Shown here one piece after another: positions 39,244 through 53,056 of a stretch of DNA of 64,000 nucleotides. The notes under the pieces were generated by a model. That model did not search any database. It worked only from the letters and a program-made list of their open reading frames with translations, and was not told where the DNA came from. Each line of letters starts with the position of its first letter. Position 1 is the first letter of the stretch. Position numbers and translations under genes: made by a program. Origin of the DNA: Phoronis australis (taxonomy: Eukaryota > Animalia > Phoronida); the NCBI GenBank assembly GCA_002633005.1, contig NMRA01000043.1:899588-963587 (forward strand), given 5' to 3'.

Positions 39244-39735
39244 CCACTGAGTGGTACATCCACTGAGTGGTACAACCACTGAGTGGCCAGGACAACCACT
39301 AATTAGTGTTACAACCACTGAGTGGTAAATACAACCACTAAGTGTTACAAACACCACGAAGTTAAGCATTAGTGTTCCCATCAGCTTTGGAGTTATAGCT
39401 CAACGAAGTTATCGCAATGTGACCTTTGGCCTTGCAGCTATTTACAGTGGTTACCATCAAAAATGGCAAGGACCTCTCCATCTCTCCTTCACAAGGTGGC
39501 TTAGGAGCCGGTAGGAAAGGCCTTTAAGTGGTCAATTCCACTACTGAGTGTTACAACCACTGAGTGGTCAATACAATCACTTAAGATGCTATAACTCAGA
39601 GTGGTCAATGCAACCACGGAGTGGTACAACCACTGAGTGGTACAACCACTGAGTGATACAACTACAGAGTGATACAACTACAGAGTGATACAATCATTGA
39701 GCACAAAGTGATACAATCGCCAAGTGATACAACTA
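39244..39735. repeat. Degenerate 16-bp CCACTGAGTGGTACAA repeats in two patches
   Basis: Patches at ~39244-39350 and ~39528-39735. The unit contains the palindrome CCACTnAGTGG. Confidence 0.75.
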
Positions 39736-39784
39736 TTAGTAATAAAACTGGTGAGCGATACAAGCACTAAGTGATAAGTAAATA

Positions 39785-40194
39785 CAAGGGGGAATCAACA
39801 ATTGATCGGACTTCAAAACCACTTTCCCACACTTCAAAACCATCTGGCTTGACTGCAAAACCAATGAGCTATGTTCTAATTTGGTGGCAAGACCTCAAAA
39901 TGCGATGTCCTATACCTCAAAACCAGATACCTGCAGCCAAAGAACTGGTTGGCCGGAACTAAAACAGGTTGGACGATGCTGAAACACAATGGGCGAATAA
40001 ATCAATGGCCAACTGGTTATAGCACTGGCCATAGTGTTTTGGGTCCAGCCAACTAGGTTTTTGGGTGAGTTCATCACATTTCGAAGTCCGGACAACATGT
40101 TTGATCACCGGGCATTTGGTTTTGCAGTCCAGCCGACTGGTTTTGAAATCCGAGCAAGTGGTTTTGAAGTCCGACTAATTGTTGATTCCCCTTG
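39785..40194. mobile_element. MITE with long TIRs and 4-bp AATA TSD
   Basis: CAAGGGGGAATCAACAATT..CGGACTTCAAAACCAC / GTGGTTTTGAAGTCCG..AATTGTTGATTCCCCTTG. AATA on both flanks, internal CAAAACCA repeats. Confidence 0.85.
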
Positions 40195-43100
40195 AATATT
40201 GGCACATGCAAAAATAGTAAGCCTAAACAATGTTAACACAATCATCACTGGACACATGACCTAACTAATGGCCAATAAACACATGAAATGCTACTACTGA
40301 CTAAGTCTGTGCAAATGTTGGTCAAGTTTGTCATGATAAACAGATGATCTATGGATACAACTGCAGATGAATCACAGAAATACAATCAATATCTAGTAGA
40401 GGTCTGTGACTTCTTGATAACACTTGAAAATCGGGATTACCAGTAATCACTTTTCATAATCACCAACAATATCGAGAACTTGGGCATCATAGAAGAAGAC
40501 CGAGGAGAGAAAGAAATTGGCATCACTAATGGATTTGGTCAGAAAACACCAAGATGCCAGAAACTTAATTTACAAGAAACACAACAACAAATGCATGGAC
40601 TAAAGACAAATGCAGCAGGCCAGTAGCCATGGGGGTTGAAACACAGTTAGACGGCCTATAAACATGTTGCATGAATATACCTCGTGCAAGTTTTGAAAAT
40701 GGTAATGTTTAAGTATGTAAGATTACCTTTAAGGCATTAGTGCTAGCTATCCAACAGTTGGTAGAGCTGTACCACAAAAACATGACTCCTACAGTAAATT
40801 CTCCAAACAATGTTTTGAATGCCAACAGTTTCTCAACACATTGTCTAGTAGATTGATTTATTGGTTGTTTCTTTTCTTTTGTGAAAAAATAAAAATATCA
40901 CTTGTCCACCATCTGTATCTCAAATTATCAACATTTCACTATACTTGTCACTGCCCTTGCAGATTCAGAGCTGGGCAAGTAAAAGTTCATTGGATGATCC
41001 CTAGATGGCAGCAAATTGTTACAGTTGTTAGGTACTGTATCCTTTTTCTGTCTGGAGCTTAAAAATATATTGTCTCTGCACTATTGTTTTGAAATGGACA
41101 ATACGCTTTGTAACACATACTAAGAGTGTTTTTGGAGCACTATTAGAAATAATTTTATTTCGATTATTTCTAAAAACGGTTAAGGGTGTGGATACTGAAT
41201 TTTGAGTCGTGCTTGCCTTTGTGTCTGAATCGATGACACCGCATCTTAACAAGTGGATTTTCAAAGCGGTCGCAGAGTAGGAATTGGCACTTACCGTGAA
41301 GGTCATAGCCAGTGGCAAAGTTTCACTCTGTACCACAAGTTTATTTCTTAAATAAATCTGCCTTTCATTGCTGCTTTGTTAGACCTGTGTTCACTACCTT
41401 CCTAACTTTCATACAAAATTGTTGAATGGTTTACTTTATTCCATATATGGCATAAGTAGATTAAATCGCTCAGTCTGACAGCAATGCAGCCATTGTGATT
41501 GGCTAACAACGCGGCAAACACTAAGAAGCCACTGACGTTCCACACACACTGCGAATATTTTCCGCATTGCAAACCCTTTTTTTCTGATGCTTGCGAACAG
41601 AAATTTTTAACAATTAAGTATGGCCACCACTTTTTTCTCCTGCAGACAGGAACAATAATCACGTTTATTTTTACATTGCCTTGTGTTCTGAAATAAAAAA
41701 CTGATTTGGTGCTTTCTGAAGGTAGTCACCACATCACCATCATTAGAAGAGCGCCTGTGACTTATCCTGTCTACATCACTCAATCTCGAACATGTTATAC
41801 ATCATGACCAAAACCTCAACCACAGTTTTGTGAGTGCCATTGATGAATGTATTGCAAGGAAATCCACAGCATGTGAAAAACGTATTCTCTTGGTGGTAGA
41901 ATCAGATAGGAATGCTCACTTTTATGAATGCTGCTGAATAGCTGGCAGCAACCCCTCAAAAACAAACATTTTTTATCAAAGTTTGGCATTAAATTTATCA
42001 GCAGTGCCAACTCGAAATGGAAATTTTAAGTCCTGAAAGACACAGTTTGAAAAGCTGGATGACCTAAATTTGAGCTACGCAACCTGATTTTCTGACTTAC
42101 TTGCACAACTGGCGACAAGGCATCTGAGGCCTACATATAACTCTGGATATGGAATGAAGAAGGCTGAATTCAATATGAAAAAGACCCTAATTAATTACTA
42201 CGGCTATATGAGTTTTGATTAGAAAATGTGGACTTAGAGGGTCCTGGATTTTGATGGCCATTTTCAATCACTGGCAACAAACTGTCTAGATCGAAATGTG
42301 GTACCCCTGTACGCCAAGTAAGTGACAAAATGTGTGTAGTTATACTACTTGGATCAATACCTTAGAATTATCAGAATGTCATCAATAAGTCAAACAAACT
42401 TATTCTAAGTTGTTTGTAAACTGTTGTTGGTCTATTGCAAACTGGTAGTTTCTCACCCAACTCTATACAGATTAACAGCTCACTACTGGGAAACTCTACA
42501 GACTGTAGTCACTGAAAACAACTGTGGAACCATTGATCCGCTTAATTCCAATGAGAGTGGTTATTTGCTTTCACAAGACCTTATCAAGAAAAATCCAATA
42601 GAGATATGTTGAATACAATGTTTCTTCACATTAGGAGATAAGCAAGACACACACTGGGGTGCCTTCAATAAAAAGCAAGAGAATGGTGTGATTTGAACTT
42701 GTTCTTAGAAACATCACAAAAACTAGGCACTTTAAAAGAATACTTGGAATAAAACACCTACACACCAGCCATCTCCAAAATAATAACTTTCAACTTTTTG
42801 ACTAATAGACCACTTGCTATTTTCAAATTGGTCTCCCATTGTCCTTAATTATCTCAACTTGTCCTTAACAAGGGTTGGGTGCCAATGTTTGAAAACTGGA
42901 CCATACCAATACTAATGCTGTCAACTAGATACTCACTCCACACTCATAGGACTATAAACATCAAAACACACACAGGCTGAGAACATGCATTGTGTTTTAT
43001 AAAGTATTCATTTTATTAATGATGTATTAGAGTATAGCCTAGGGTAACATTTATCAATGACACTTTGTTTATTGCTTGAGACTCAAACTGTGACCAGCTG

Positions 43101-45159
43101 TGACAATTGTCAAAGACCCTGTCATTTTTTCCAAACCTAAAATTCACCTCTAATTTGACAAAGGAAAAATCCGAGACCAATTTTATGACACCAAGTGATC
43201 TAAATTAAAAGTTAGTTTTTGTGACGGAAGGCAGGTTGTTAGACGCTTTAAAAAAACCGTCTTCGTGTAAAAATTGAGCAGAAAACTACAGGTGTGATGT
43301 TATTTAACAACACAGCGGTGAACGGTGTTCACGGAACTGAGGCAGCACGTCGGATCAGAATTGTCTATACCAATTTCACACAATATTTTCTTGTTGACAC
43401 GACATGATAACCATGTTATTATTGATATTTCTAAGAGGAGAAATAAATATGTACCTGACATTTTTATTCACCTCAGTACACAGTACTTTCACCAACTGGG
43501 AAAACTCATATTTCAACACTCCACTACCACATTCTACTGCCCTTAGGGATGCATACCAGTTACAAAGCCAATTTAAACTGTTAAAATGTATGTTTTTGCA
43601 TACTTCAACCTGAGATGAATTTAGCAAAGACCAATAAGCAAACTAGTACTTTGCTATGGGCGTTTAGCGTTAATTTCTTCATTACATTAATATACCACTT
43701 CTTGAATACCTGTGTGCAACACTAGAGGGTATGTGGCAATGTTTACAGGGTATCCAGGAAACAAAGGACTTTTCCAGGTACTTTATATGACTGTGGAGTT
43801 TGCAGAATCTCTGGGCCCTCACAAGGGGTATGCTGGCTGTCAATCATCAATCTGGAACTTAACGAATTCATTCAAGAATTCCAAACAAGTAATTTATGTA
43901 TTTTTGCAAATTCAATGCAAGTAACCAGGCATTCAGTTACCTGAAATTCAATCAAACTTAAAAACTTTTGAGTATGCTGTTAATACTTTACAAATGACAA
44001 ATCATAACTTTGCTGGCCAACATCTCCATCACGTTAACCGACCACCCTATCACCTGGTAATGAGTGGGTGAGCTTCAACAAGCCAGTAACAACTGTTTGA
44101 CCTTTCTAAACAAATGCAATAATGGCATCCACCTGAACCAAGGAAATGCAGCCGAAGTCAGAGAGCAGCCAGGGATCGGTAACGATAGTTTTGACATGCT
44201 AATCACCCAGTAAAACGTAAACACTGTGATCATCCTCCATGTCCTTCATCCTGGCCCACAAACAGTTGTTGCTAACAGAAGCAGAAAGGTGGATTTTTGA
44301 TGAGCTATGGGCAGTTGCAGGGCAGATAAGCCTTTTACAGAGAACGAAGAAGGAAACCGTGTGAGCAGAATACAAGAGCATGAGGTAGACATCATTATCA
44401 GCTGAATATACACAAGACTTTTGCTCTCATGAGGGGAAAGGTGCCTGTACCTTCTGATTAGGGATTTTTAGACAGCGAAAAATCTCCTCCCAGGCGTAAA
44501 TCAATTCAAAGGTCAGTGTGAAATAAGTGATCCTAAACTTGAGGGGAATTTATAATCACTGGAGAATTTTGGGGCTTGATGAAATTTAGAATGACCTTGT
44601 TTTTCAGAGAGAGGCATGGGGCTAATATTCAGCCACATAATCAAGGTATCGGAAATACTAATGCACACAGGAAAATATAAATCTCAAAAATAAAAGTACC
44701 TTCCTGGGGTGCTGCAAATATTTTCCCCTTTACATGTACCGGGTATGTGATGTAAATTTTGGCCAACAATCAACTTGCACACATGTAACTTCACCAACAA
44801 TAATCCTGTAATGTTCCCAATACCAGACTACGAGTGGTCACCCAAAAAACATGAGCTGCTTACTCCTCACCATCAGTAGTCCCATAGTACAACTTACCAG
44901 CATACCAATTGGTGTAACTGAGCAATGCAAGACAGTACATAGTAGTTTGAACTAACTGGACATATGACTGAAGCTCAGTTGCTGTGGAAGGGTTTAATAA
45001 TCTATGAGTGGGTTGACAGACAGGAAATAATGGATATTCCGCTATGTGTAACTGGAACAGTTAATTTTTCCAACAAGGCCCTTTACTACTTGTGATTTTG
45101 TTGCTCCTTGCCAATAAAAGTTTCAGAGAAACATCAAAAAGAATTGAGAAGTCTGTGTG

Positions 45160-45538
45160 ACGTAGACCCAAGACACTTCCACTCCACTTGCCAGACGTAG
45201 ACCCAAGACACTACCACTCCACTTGCCAGACACTTCCACTCCACTTGCCATATGTAGATCCAAGACACATCCACTTCACTTGCCCGATGTTATCCAAGAC
45301 ACTTCCACTTCGCTTGCCAGATGTAGACCCAAGACACTTCCACTCCACTTGCCAGATGTAGATCCAAGACACTTCCACTTCACTTGCCAGACACTTCCAC
45401 TCCACTTGCCAGATGTAGACCCAAGACACTACCACTCCACTTGCCAGATGTAGATCCAAGACACTTCCACTTCTGCACTTGCCAGACACTTCCACTCCAC
45501 TTGCCAGATGTAGATCCAAGACACTTCCACTCCACTTG
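45160..45538. repeat. Minisatellite of mixed 35-bp and 22-bp units
   Basis: GACACTTCCACTCCACTTGCCA(GATGTAGAYCCAA) repeated. Confidence 0.92.
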
Positions 45539-45868
45539 CTTTGGTTATGGTGAATTCTGTCCCACAATTTAACATGCCAACCTCACAAACCATGTCCAGA
45601 GGCCGCCACCTTGTTATGGTACGTTAGTAAGCTCTCAAGCCTACTTGCAAAACATACTCGCCCTTCACTTGGTGATTTGTCGTGGTCTTGCTTTATTGCT
45701 AGGTTCTGGCATCTGCGGAGTGACTCTTTGTAATTCTAGTACATACCGTATACAAGAGACTTTCACCCATGTAATTGTAGTACATGTATACATGATGTTA
45801 ATTTTAACAGGTCACCAAACAGGAGCTGACAGTGCTAAGCCCTGTTGGCAAAAGCTAAAAACGAAATA

Positions 45869-47314
45869 CCGTATTCATCCTAATAAGCTCCCAGGGCGCT
45901 TAGAAAAATGCGCTTCAGGAAGGGGGGGCCTTATTATAGCCCAAAGTGGTTGAAACTCCGCAAGAGATGAAATCATAAGCTAGAATTCATCAAATTTACG
46001 CTCTGTGACGCACCTGTAACCTACAAAATTGCAGTGCATCGGTATCAAACTCTATTGTTAAATTACGAGAATTTTTCAGAAAATCCCAGTGCGAAAACCA
46101 ACCAACCAACTGATGCGTTGCTGTCTCGCAATCGCCGATAGGTCAACTTGAATTCTTGAGTAAAAATATAGTTTCGACTCAACAAATTACGAGAAGTCCT
46201 CCTTAAGTTTTCAAAATAGCATCCCTAACACTGTAAAGTTCCTATGGAGTGGGGATTAACTCCATATTAAGTCCAAATCTGCGCTAGATTGAACTCCGCT
46301 ACAGGAGAAAAATCTCAGGACGAACACACGTTGTCGTCACATGATGTTTGTTTTGAAGTTCCGTCAATCTGTGTGAGTGGGCGAGCACGTGCGTGTTATC
46401 AGAGTTCATTTGTGTGAGTAAACGCGATATAACGATCTAGGTGTGCATTGTAACTAATGAAATTAACACAAGCAGTAAAGCAGAACGTGTTTTATTTAGC
46501 ACTTGTTGATCTCATCTGCTAAAAAACGTTCGAGAATTTTCTCGGTAAGGTCAATATTGAGTCACCGGGTGACTGGATGTGCGACAGTCTAACAGCAACT
46601 TTTCGGGAGATTCGGGGGTTGTAAGGGTGCAGAAGTGTTCACTATCAGAGGGTCATTTTGACTTTATAAACACCAATTACCATTAGTTTAATAATTCCTC
46701 CTAAATATAACGCAAACATTTTTTACAGTATTAAAAACTTTAAATGCCAGTATTTATTTCTTGCCGATGCTATGCTACCCGTTTCACTAATAGATAGTTC
46801 CCGAAGACTAATCGTCGTTGACAGGTACTTGTATGTAGCGTGCGCTTCCTGGCCACGTGCTTTTAACAAGGGTCAAGTTTTTATTAGTCTTTGATTCACG
46901 GTTTACACGTATACAAAGAAATTTGGATTCCTGATGAGGGAGAAGATCTATATGGGAAAGATACAATACAATCCATTTGACAAGTACGCTGTGTCTCTTC
47001 TGAAAGGCCAGACCATAAAAGGACACGTCCCTCGCAAGATCAGCAAAACTTGCATTCCTTTTGAACCATGGCGGAAGTTTGAAGTGTATAGTCACGGCTA
47101 AATAGCGACATAGCGGCGAGGCTCATGGTCTACAAATTCCACGCACAATGATTTTTTCAGGACTGTCGGATCTTATTGATAAATTGAAGACATTACTGTA
47201 GAATTTTAGATCTGTAGACGAGGCATTTTTCGCATGTACACGACTTTCATGAACTGGGCGCTTATTTTAGCAAAGTCTGAAAATGCGTGGGGGCGCTTAT
47301 TAGGGCGGTTGCGG
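45869..47314 (+). mobile_element. Family H transposon, copy 3 (longest)
   Basis: TA|CCGTATTCATCCTAATAAGCTCCC left end, degenerate right TIR GGGCGCTTATTAGGGCGGTTGCGG. Confidence 0.82.
46894..47201 (+). pseudogene. HIRAN-like domain ORF remnant inside family H
   Basis: IHGLHVYKEIWIPDEGEDL / YNPFDKYAVSLLKGQTIKGHVPRKISKTC / FLLNHGGSLKCIVTAK*RHSGEAHGLQIP..FSG..LIDKLK. Two frameshifts and one stop. NxxDxxAV..GHVP is the HIRAN signature. Confidence 0.7.
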
Positions 47315-50300
47315 TCCCCGGAAAGAAGTGAAAGACGGGCGAACAAGATGCACTTGAGATCCAACTAGAAAACCTTTTTTTTTTACTTGAATGGCAAATT
47401 ACGAGTGTCTCATGCACGGTCCTGATCACCCTTGGGCCCAATATCTCACACACAATTGCCCCCACGTTACCTGTGCATGACTCATACAGGTCCCTTCAAT
47501 TTTTGCCGAACAATTCCGACTTCCGTCAGTTTACTTCCAGTGGTATTTTGAGTGCTTGCTCGGATTTGAGTGAGGCGACTTTGTAGCACCCTGGGATTTT
47601 TACCAGGTCGCTAAACAGAATCTGAGTACACAAATCGAGTCTCATAAAGGAATCATGATCTTTGACCAAGATACAAAAATCTCCCAAGTTGTATTCTCTA
47701 ATGATAACGGTGGAAATTTATTTGGTGACCCCAAAAATGTCTGCAACATTGGCAATCGAATGTCAATGACCTCAACCCCTTGGAACAAAAAATTCAAAAC
47801 TTTGTGAAAACTTGTAAATTTTTGCCTAGTTCCAATTACAAACAATTCAAAACCAGTCAGAAATGGCAACTGCCAAGGGTTCACAATTTTAAATGCGGGG
47901 TATACTTAAACACAGCAGTCCATCTCTTGATCTTACACTTTAGACAAAACAATCTAGTTTGCAATTAATCAATGCTCCTTCAAAATAAACAGAACTCAAA
48001 AAACTGAATGCCAACACATTGGCGAATTTGTTCAACATGGCTCAACTTTTACTCCTTCGCAAATTAATCCCATTCTACAAAAAAAAGCAAATCTGTTTTT
48101 CATGATGAGACTCTTAATCTGGATCGTCATTTTCTTAACAATTTTGTACAAGATTTTAAGAAAAATGAGAATATTTGACCATTAATAAACTAATGCCACC
48201 TAAAATTCAAGGAATTTTTTCATGAGGAAAAGCATGTTTTTCACAAGTTACAAATTCTCTCTTTTCATGTGAGCACCAGTCACCCAAACTGAACATCGAC
48301 CTAAATCAAAGAATTCTTATATAACCCTACTTGTACCAGGTAACACCCACATTTGACTAAACGTCAACCCAAATTCTTAAAATGCTCTCTAAAACATCAA
48401 TTCTTCAGTTTTTCGGCAACCTTAGTTTGAAATTAACAAATCCCCAAGGCATTCAATGCGCTCATTCACGTCAGGTCTCAAACTGAATGCAATTCGATTA
48501 CCTGTGCAAGAAAACAAGTTCAGTCCAAACTGAGTACATACTGCCATTTGCTGGTCAGTATTTTTAAACCTGTATCAGTCTTTAGTGTAACCAACTATTC
48601 CTCAATTTAAAAGAAATGTTTAGCTCCACACCACTGATGATTCACAATTTAGAACTCCTGAGCATTAACTTCATACACACTAGCATTTTACTGCTGATCA
48701 ACCAAGTGTGTGAAGTAGTGTGACAGAGCTCTGGGTCTATTGGCATCTCTGTGACAAAGCTCTGGGTCTATTGGCATCTCTGCACCACCATAGGAAATAT
48801 TCATGGCTAACACTACCTCAGCACTGTTAGTACAAATACCTACGGAGGCACTCAGTAAAGTCGATTGATGCACTTTAAGCACACAGAATCAGTGCGTGCT
48901 AGAATCTATCAAATCTGGAATTAAGTATACTACTAGTAATCTTGGTATACTATTGATTTTTTAAATTAATATATAACTTCAGCATTAATCCACCAACAAG
49001 TATAACTGTCTCATTCAAGGGAAACCTTTCCAAGATTGAATATAATTGCTGGAATAACTGAATAAAAAGCTCTGTAAAATTTAAACAGAACCTACCCCTT
49101 CCCACACTTTGTCACTTCTATCAAACTTGCTACCAATACGCTGGATCAGCACCAACTTTTCTAGGTATTACGTTCTGACCTTGAACTTGTCGTAAACATG
49201 ATTTAGACACTTCTTAGGGTATGACCAGGGACTAAGGACATTCAAAATTACCTACACAGCAACAGAACTCTCCTTTGTCCTGGAGGTAAGAAAGCATTTC
49301 ATTTTCATTGACCTAATTTTCGAATGTCAGGCACATTTTCACAGGTCATGTTGGAAACCATCAAGGTATGTGGCTGTGGAAATATTCCTGATCAACAGTT
49401 TAAAAAGTACCATATAGTATCTTTAAGGCAGCGATCTTGATCTTGTTCAGTCGAAAAAGTAACCGAGTGAACTTGCTTTATACATTCGCTCCGCATATTT
49501 ATGTCTTTGACTGTTGTCATGACGGCGACCAACTTAATAATCTTAATATCACCCATCCACGGTTATTTGTCAAGTTCATCCAACTTTCACAGTTCTAGCC
49601 CACAGTACAGCAGTAATACTTCATTGGTATTGGGAAAACAAATAGAGTAATGCAGCAAAGAAAAACTTACAGAATACGACAACAACAAAGAACATGTGGA
49701 ACTCCAAAGGCGCTAAAATGCCAGCCTAAAAAATACTTGATTGCAGCATTGTGTGTAAACACGAGATTCAAGCGTCACTGAGTAATCCAGGATGACCCTA
49801 TTGTCTCTTGGTGTCATGAAACTGGAACTTATTCCAAACACTAACATTCTAGTTTCCAAATTTCTGCACTTACCAAACTAACCAATTCTTTGGCCCATTT
49901 CCAAACATGCAAGCATAATTTCCTTGTCAAGTAATTCAGATGACAACTAGTGGACAACAGTGTCCCACAATCTCATTTAACCCAGTACGGTAACAAGTTT
50001 GGATTGAGTTTGAAGAAGAATGCAACATTTAAATTCATATGTTCATAATTTCTTGAGAAAAATAAGACATTTTCCACCTTCATTACCAGATCTGTGTACG
50101 GACACTTTACATACAAACACCAATAGGATGGACATGTATTTTCAAATATGTTCAAGAATTACAAAATTCCTGTTGGAGTGTGAATTTTCTGTGAATTTTC
50201 TGTTACTGACAACAATGTACTACTCCTACTACTACTACTACTAGTAGTAGTAGTACTAAAGTACTATTACTACAAAATGTTATCATCCACTCAAAACATG

Positions 50301-50369
50301 GCTTGGCTTATCTTCATTACAAACAAGCCTGTCAACACCCAGACAAATAAAACAGGACTTGGCTGGCTC

Positions 50370-51085
50370 CCTTACAAATAGGCAATGCTGCAGAGGTTTA
50401 ATTAACCCGAAAATCAACTGGTGCAAGCATATTATATTGTCACATATCTCTGAAATCCATCCACTGGTTTTCTACCATTGATATGACCCAGAAACACTCT
50501 TCTCCCAAAACCACTGAAAAACCCCAATACAACCCTCTTGCCATAAGACTGGGCGAGATTGAAAAATGACAGTGCCCTAATGATGGCCTACACACTTATT
50601 ACAAATTTCATCAAGATGTGACCAGGGTTTGTGAGATGTTGAACAGACAACTGGATGAAATGGCCACTATGACGTGCTGCAGTGGTCTAAATTGCCAGAA
50701 AATCAAATGACACTGGTACAATACCACCGCATCACATACCCTTGTGTCAAGTTCCATTGAAAACTGGTTGTATGTAGATATCATCCAGAAATGCTCAAAT
50801 GGTTCTCTATATGTCATGTGGAAAGATTCTTCCCCTAATAATGAAATGAAAAGTTCTTTGTCATGGGTGCTGCAGTGGCCAAATCTGCCTAAAAATTGAC
50901 TGGAGCCCTGTCAAATGAAATCCATCCATTAATTCTCTGAATATAATCAGTAAATATTCTCCCCCCCCAAAAAAAAAATTGAAAAGCTCAGTCCCTCTGG
51001 CCTTAGGGGCAGGGCCAGGGGTTTTTGAGTTACCGAGCGGACATCGGGACAACTAAACATGATGAATATATGCGCACATAAAAAT
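50370..51085 (+). mobile_element. Older HINE-like element related to 6170-7060
   Basis: Shared TGTGTCAAGTTCCAT and CAAATTTCATCAAGAT motifs, ending ATATGCGCACATAAAAAT. Boundaries approximate. Confidence 0.45.
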
Positions 51086-52753
51086 GATGACAATGGATGA
51101 CGAAGATAGCTCCAATGAAGACACCTAACAGAGAGAGCAGCGAAGTTTGGACTTCATGCACCAGCCTGTTATAACAGAATTAAAACTAAAGTGCATCAAG
51201 TTGTTCTAATTTCATTTTCAAAAATATTATCCACTAAAAACGTCAATGAATAGCAAACTGAACTAAAAAGCATATTAGTTTCAGTTGATTATCACTAGTG
51301 ATGTGATATCATTCAACTCTGCCTTGCCAACAGTCGCCTTACCCCTAGGCTCTAGACCATAACTCAGAGCATTATCAAGGAGTTTTATGCAGCAAAACGC
51401 AATGAAATCTACAGTACTACAAAATTTAAATTGTATACAGAAGTCAACCAACTATGTCCGGTCACTCAAAATAGAACAGATGTCAGAAAATCTAGAGTAA
51501 CTGAAGTAGGAATACTGGGCTAACACCCTTTACTTTATGCTCTTGATGAGATTTAGTCACACCTAAAGATCTATCAAAGCACACCTGACCTATGGCCTTG
51601 TAAAGAGAAAATAATGACCACAACAGTACCACCTTGTCTTTGATTTCAACCAAAAAACAATCTCTACCACAAGCTATTGACAGGAAATTGTACAAGTATT
51701 AACTTCATAATAAACTTGTGTAACATACCAAGATACATCAAAGGCCACCTGATCTGTAGTTCTATAAAGACAAAAAATAACCACCACAGTAACAGTGCCA
51801 CCTTGTATCTGATAAGCTTGTGACCTAAAATGGGGTCAGCCAACAAAAAAGTCAGGAATATCCATAAACACAAGAACAGTCACCAGAAAATTGCGAGTGA
51901 CTAAAAAACAGTATGTCCTAACAATGCCAATTTCCAAAAATACCTTGACACAATTTATCTATACCGGTATACCAACTGAAAGAGAAATTGCACAGAGAAT
52001 CACCGAGCAAAAGCGAAAATTGGATTTCGAACGAGATGGTTTTTGAGATCTTTGAAGTTGTGAGTGAATTCCATGTCAAACAAACAAGAAATGTGACCAA
52101 AAGCATGTGAACAACGGAAAAATTGTGATATAGCAACATACTTGCAACATCATTTTGCCAAGTAACAATAAGATTGGTTGCATTAACAAGACAAAAGGAA
52201 GTAAGTTGATATTTACCATAAAAGTATAGCAATGTTATTTCTGTAAGTTACTAACTATAAATATCAGAAACGCGAGACATTTCATAACTTTCATGTTTTA
52301 CTAATAGCACAACCTGTCAGTGTGATGTCACACAATGAACACAAATTTGCTGACCTGGTAGACAAAAATCAAAGTAAACATTAAAGTACCAATTTAACTG
52401 CATTTCAATCCGGTTCATCAAACAGTGAAAAAAATGATAAAAAGTGCAATGCACTTAAAAATTATCTTCATCTTTCATTTGAAACTCCAGCATGGTTGGA
52501 AGTTATAAGTCTACCTAAATCACGAGTATTTTTCCAACTTTGCCAATTTCCTTGCATTTACACAGCAACACAAAGCACAAGAATGAACTTGATGCTAGTA
52601 GTAAAAATGAATAGAATTAAATAGAAGTAAAAACAAATACTAGTAATAGCAGTAAGCTACATGTAAACTTAATGGTGTGACAAGGGAGCTCTGGAAGGAG
52701 CTACAAGTGTTCTACATATTACATAAATATTGCAGGTTTTTAACATTACTGGT

Positions 52754-53056
52754 ATAGTAAATATATAGGTGCCAAGATTGGCCAGTAGTGAAATATATCA
52801 AGTAAACACAGAAAAGTCAGGAACCCCAACTGGGAATCGAACCACAGGTCAATCTAATTAACATATACTGGTAAATTGTCCAAATCTCGTGTGAAAAAGG
52901 CGAAACGCTGCTCATGGGATGTATGACATAACAGTAATTTCACAGATATCGGGTCCTCAGTAACTCAGTGGTAAGAGCACTAGACCTGCAACCTAGAGAC
53001 CTGTGGTTCGATTCCCAGTTGGGGTTCCTGATTTTCCTGTGTTTATTTGATATATT
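52754..53056. mobile_element. tRNA-containing element with inverted arm and 11-bp flanking direct repeat
   Basis: tRNA-like 52954-53026 (TAACTCAGTGG A box, GGTTCGATTCC B box). 52782-52850 is the reverse complement of 52998-53066. ACATTACTGGT at 52743 and 53057. Confidence 0.75.

Noticed and set aside
50217-50257. (TAC)n(TAG)n palindrome
   Set aside because: Simple microsatellite inversion with no further structure.
52954-53026. Functional tRNA gene
   Set aside because: Mismatches in the acceptor, anticodon and T stems, an ambiguous anticodon, and embedding in an inverted-repeat element.
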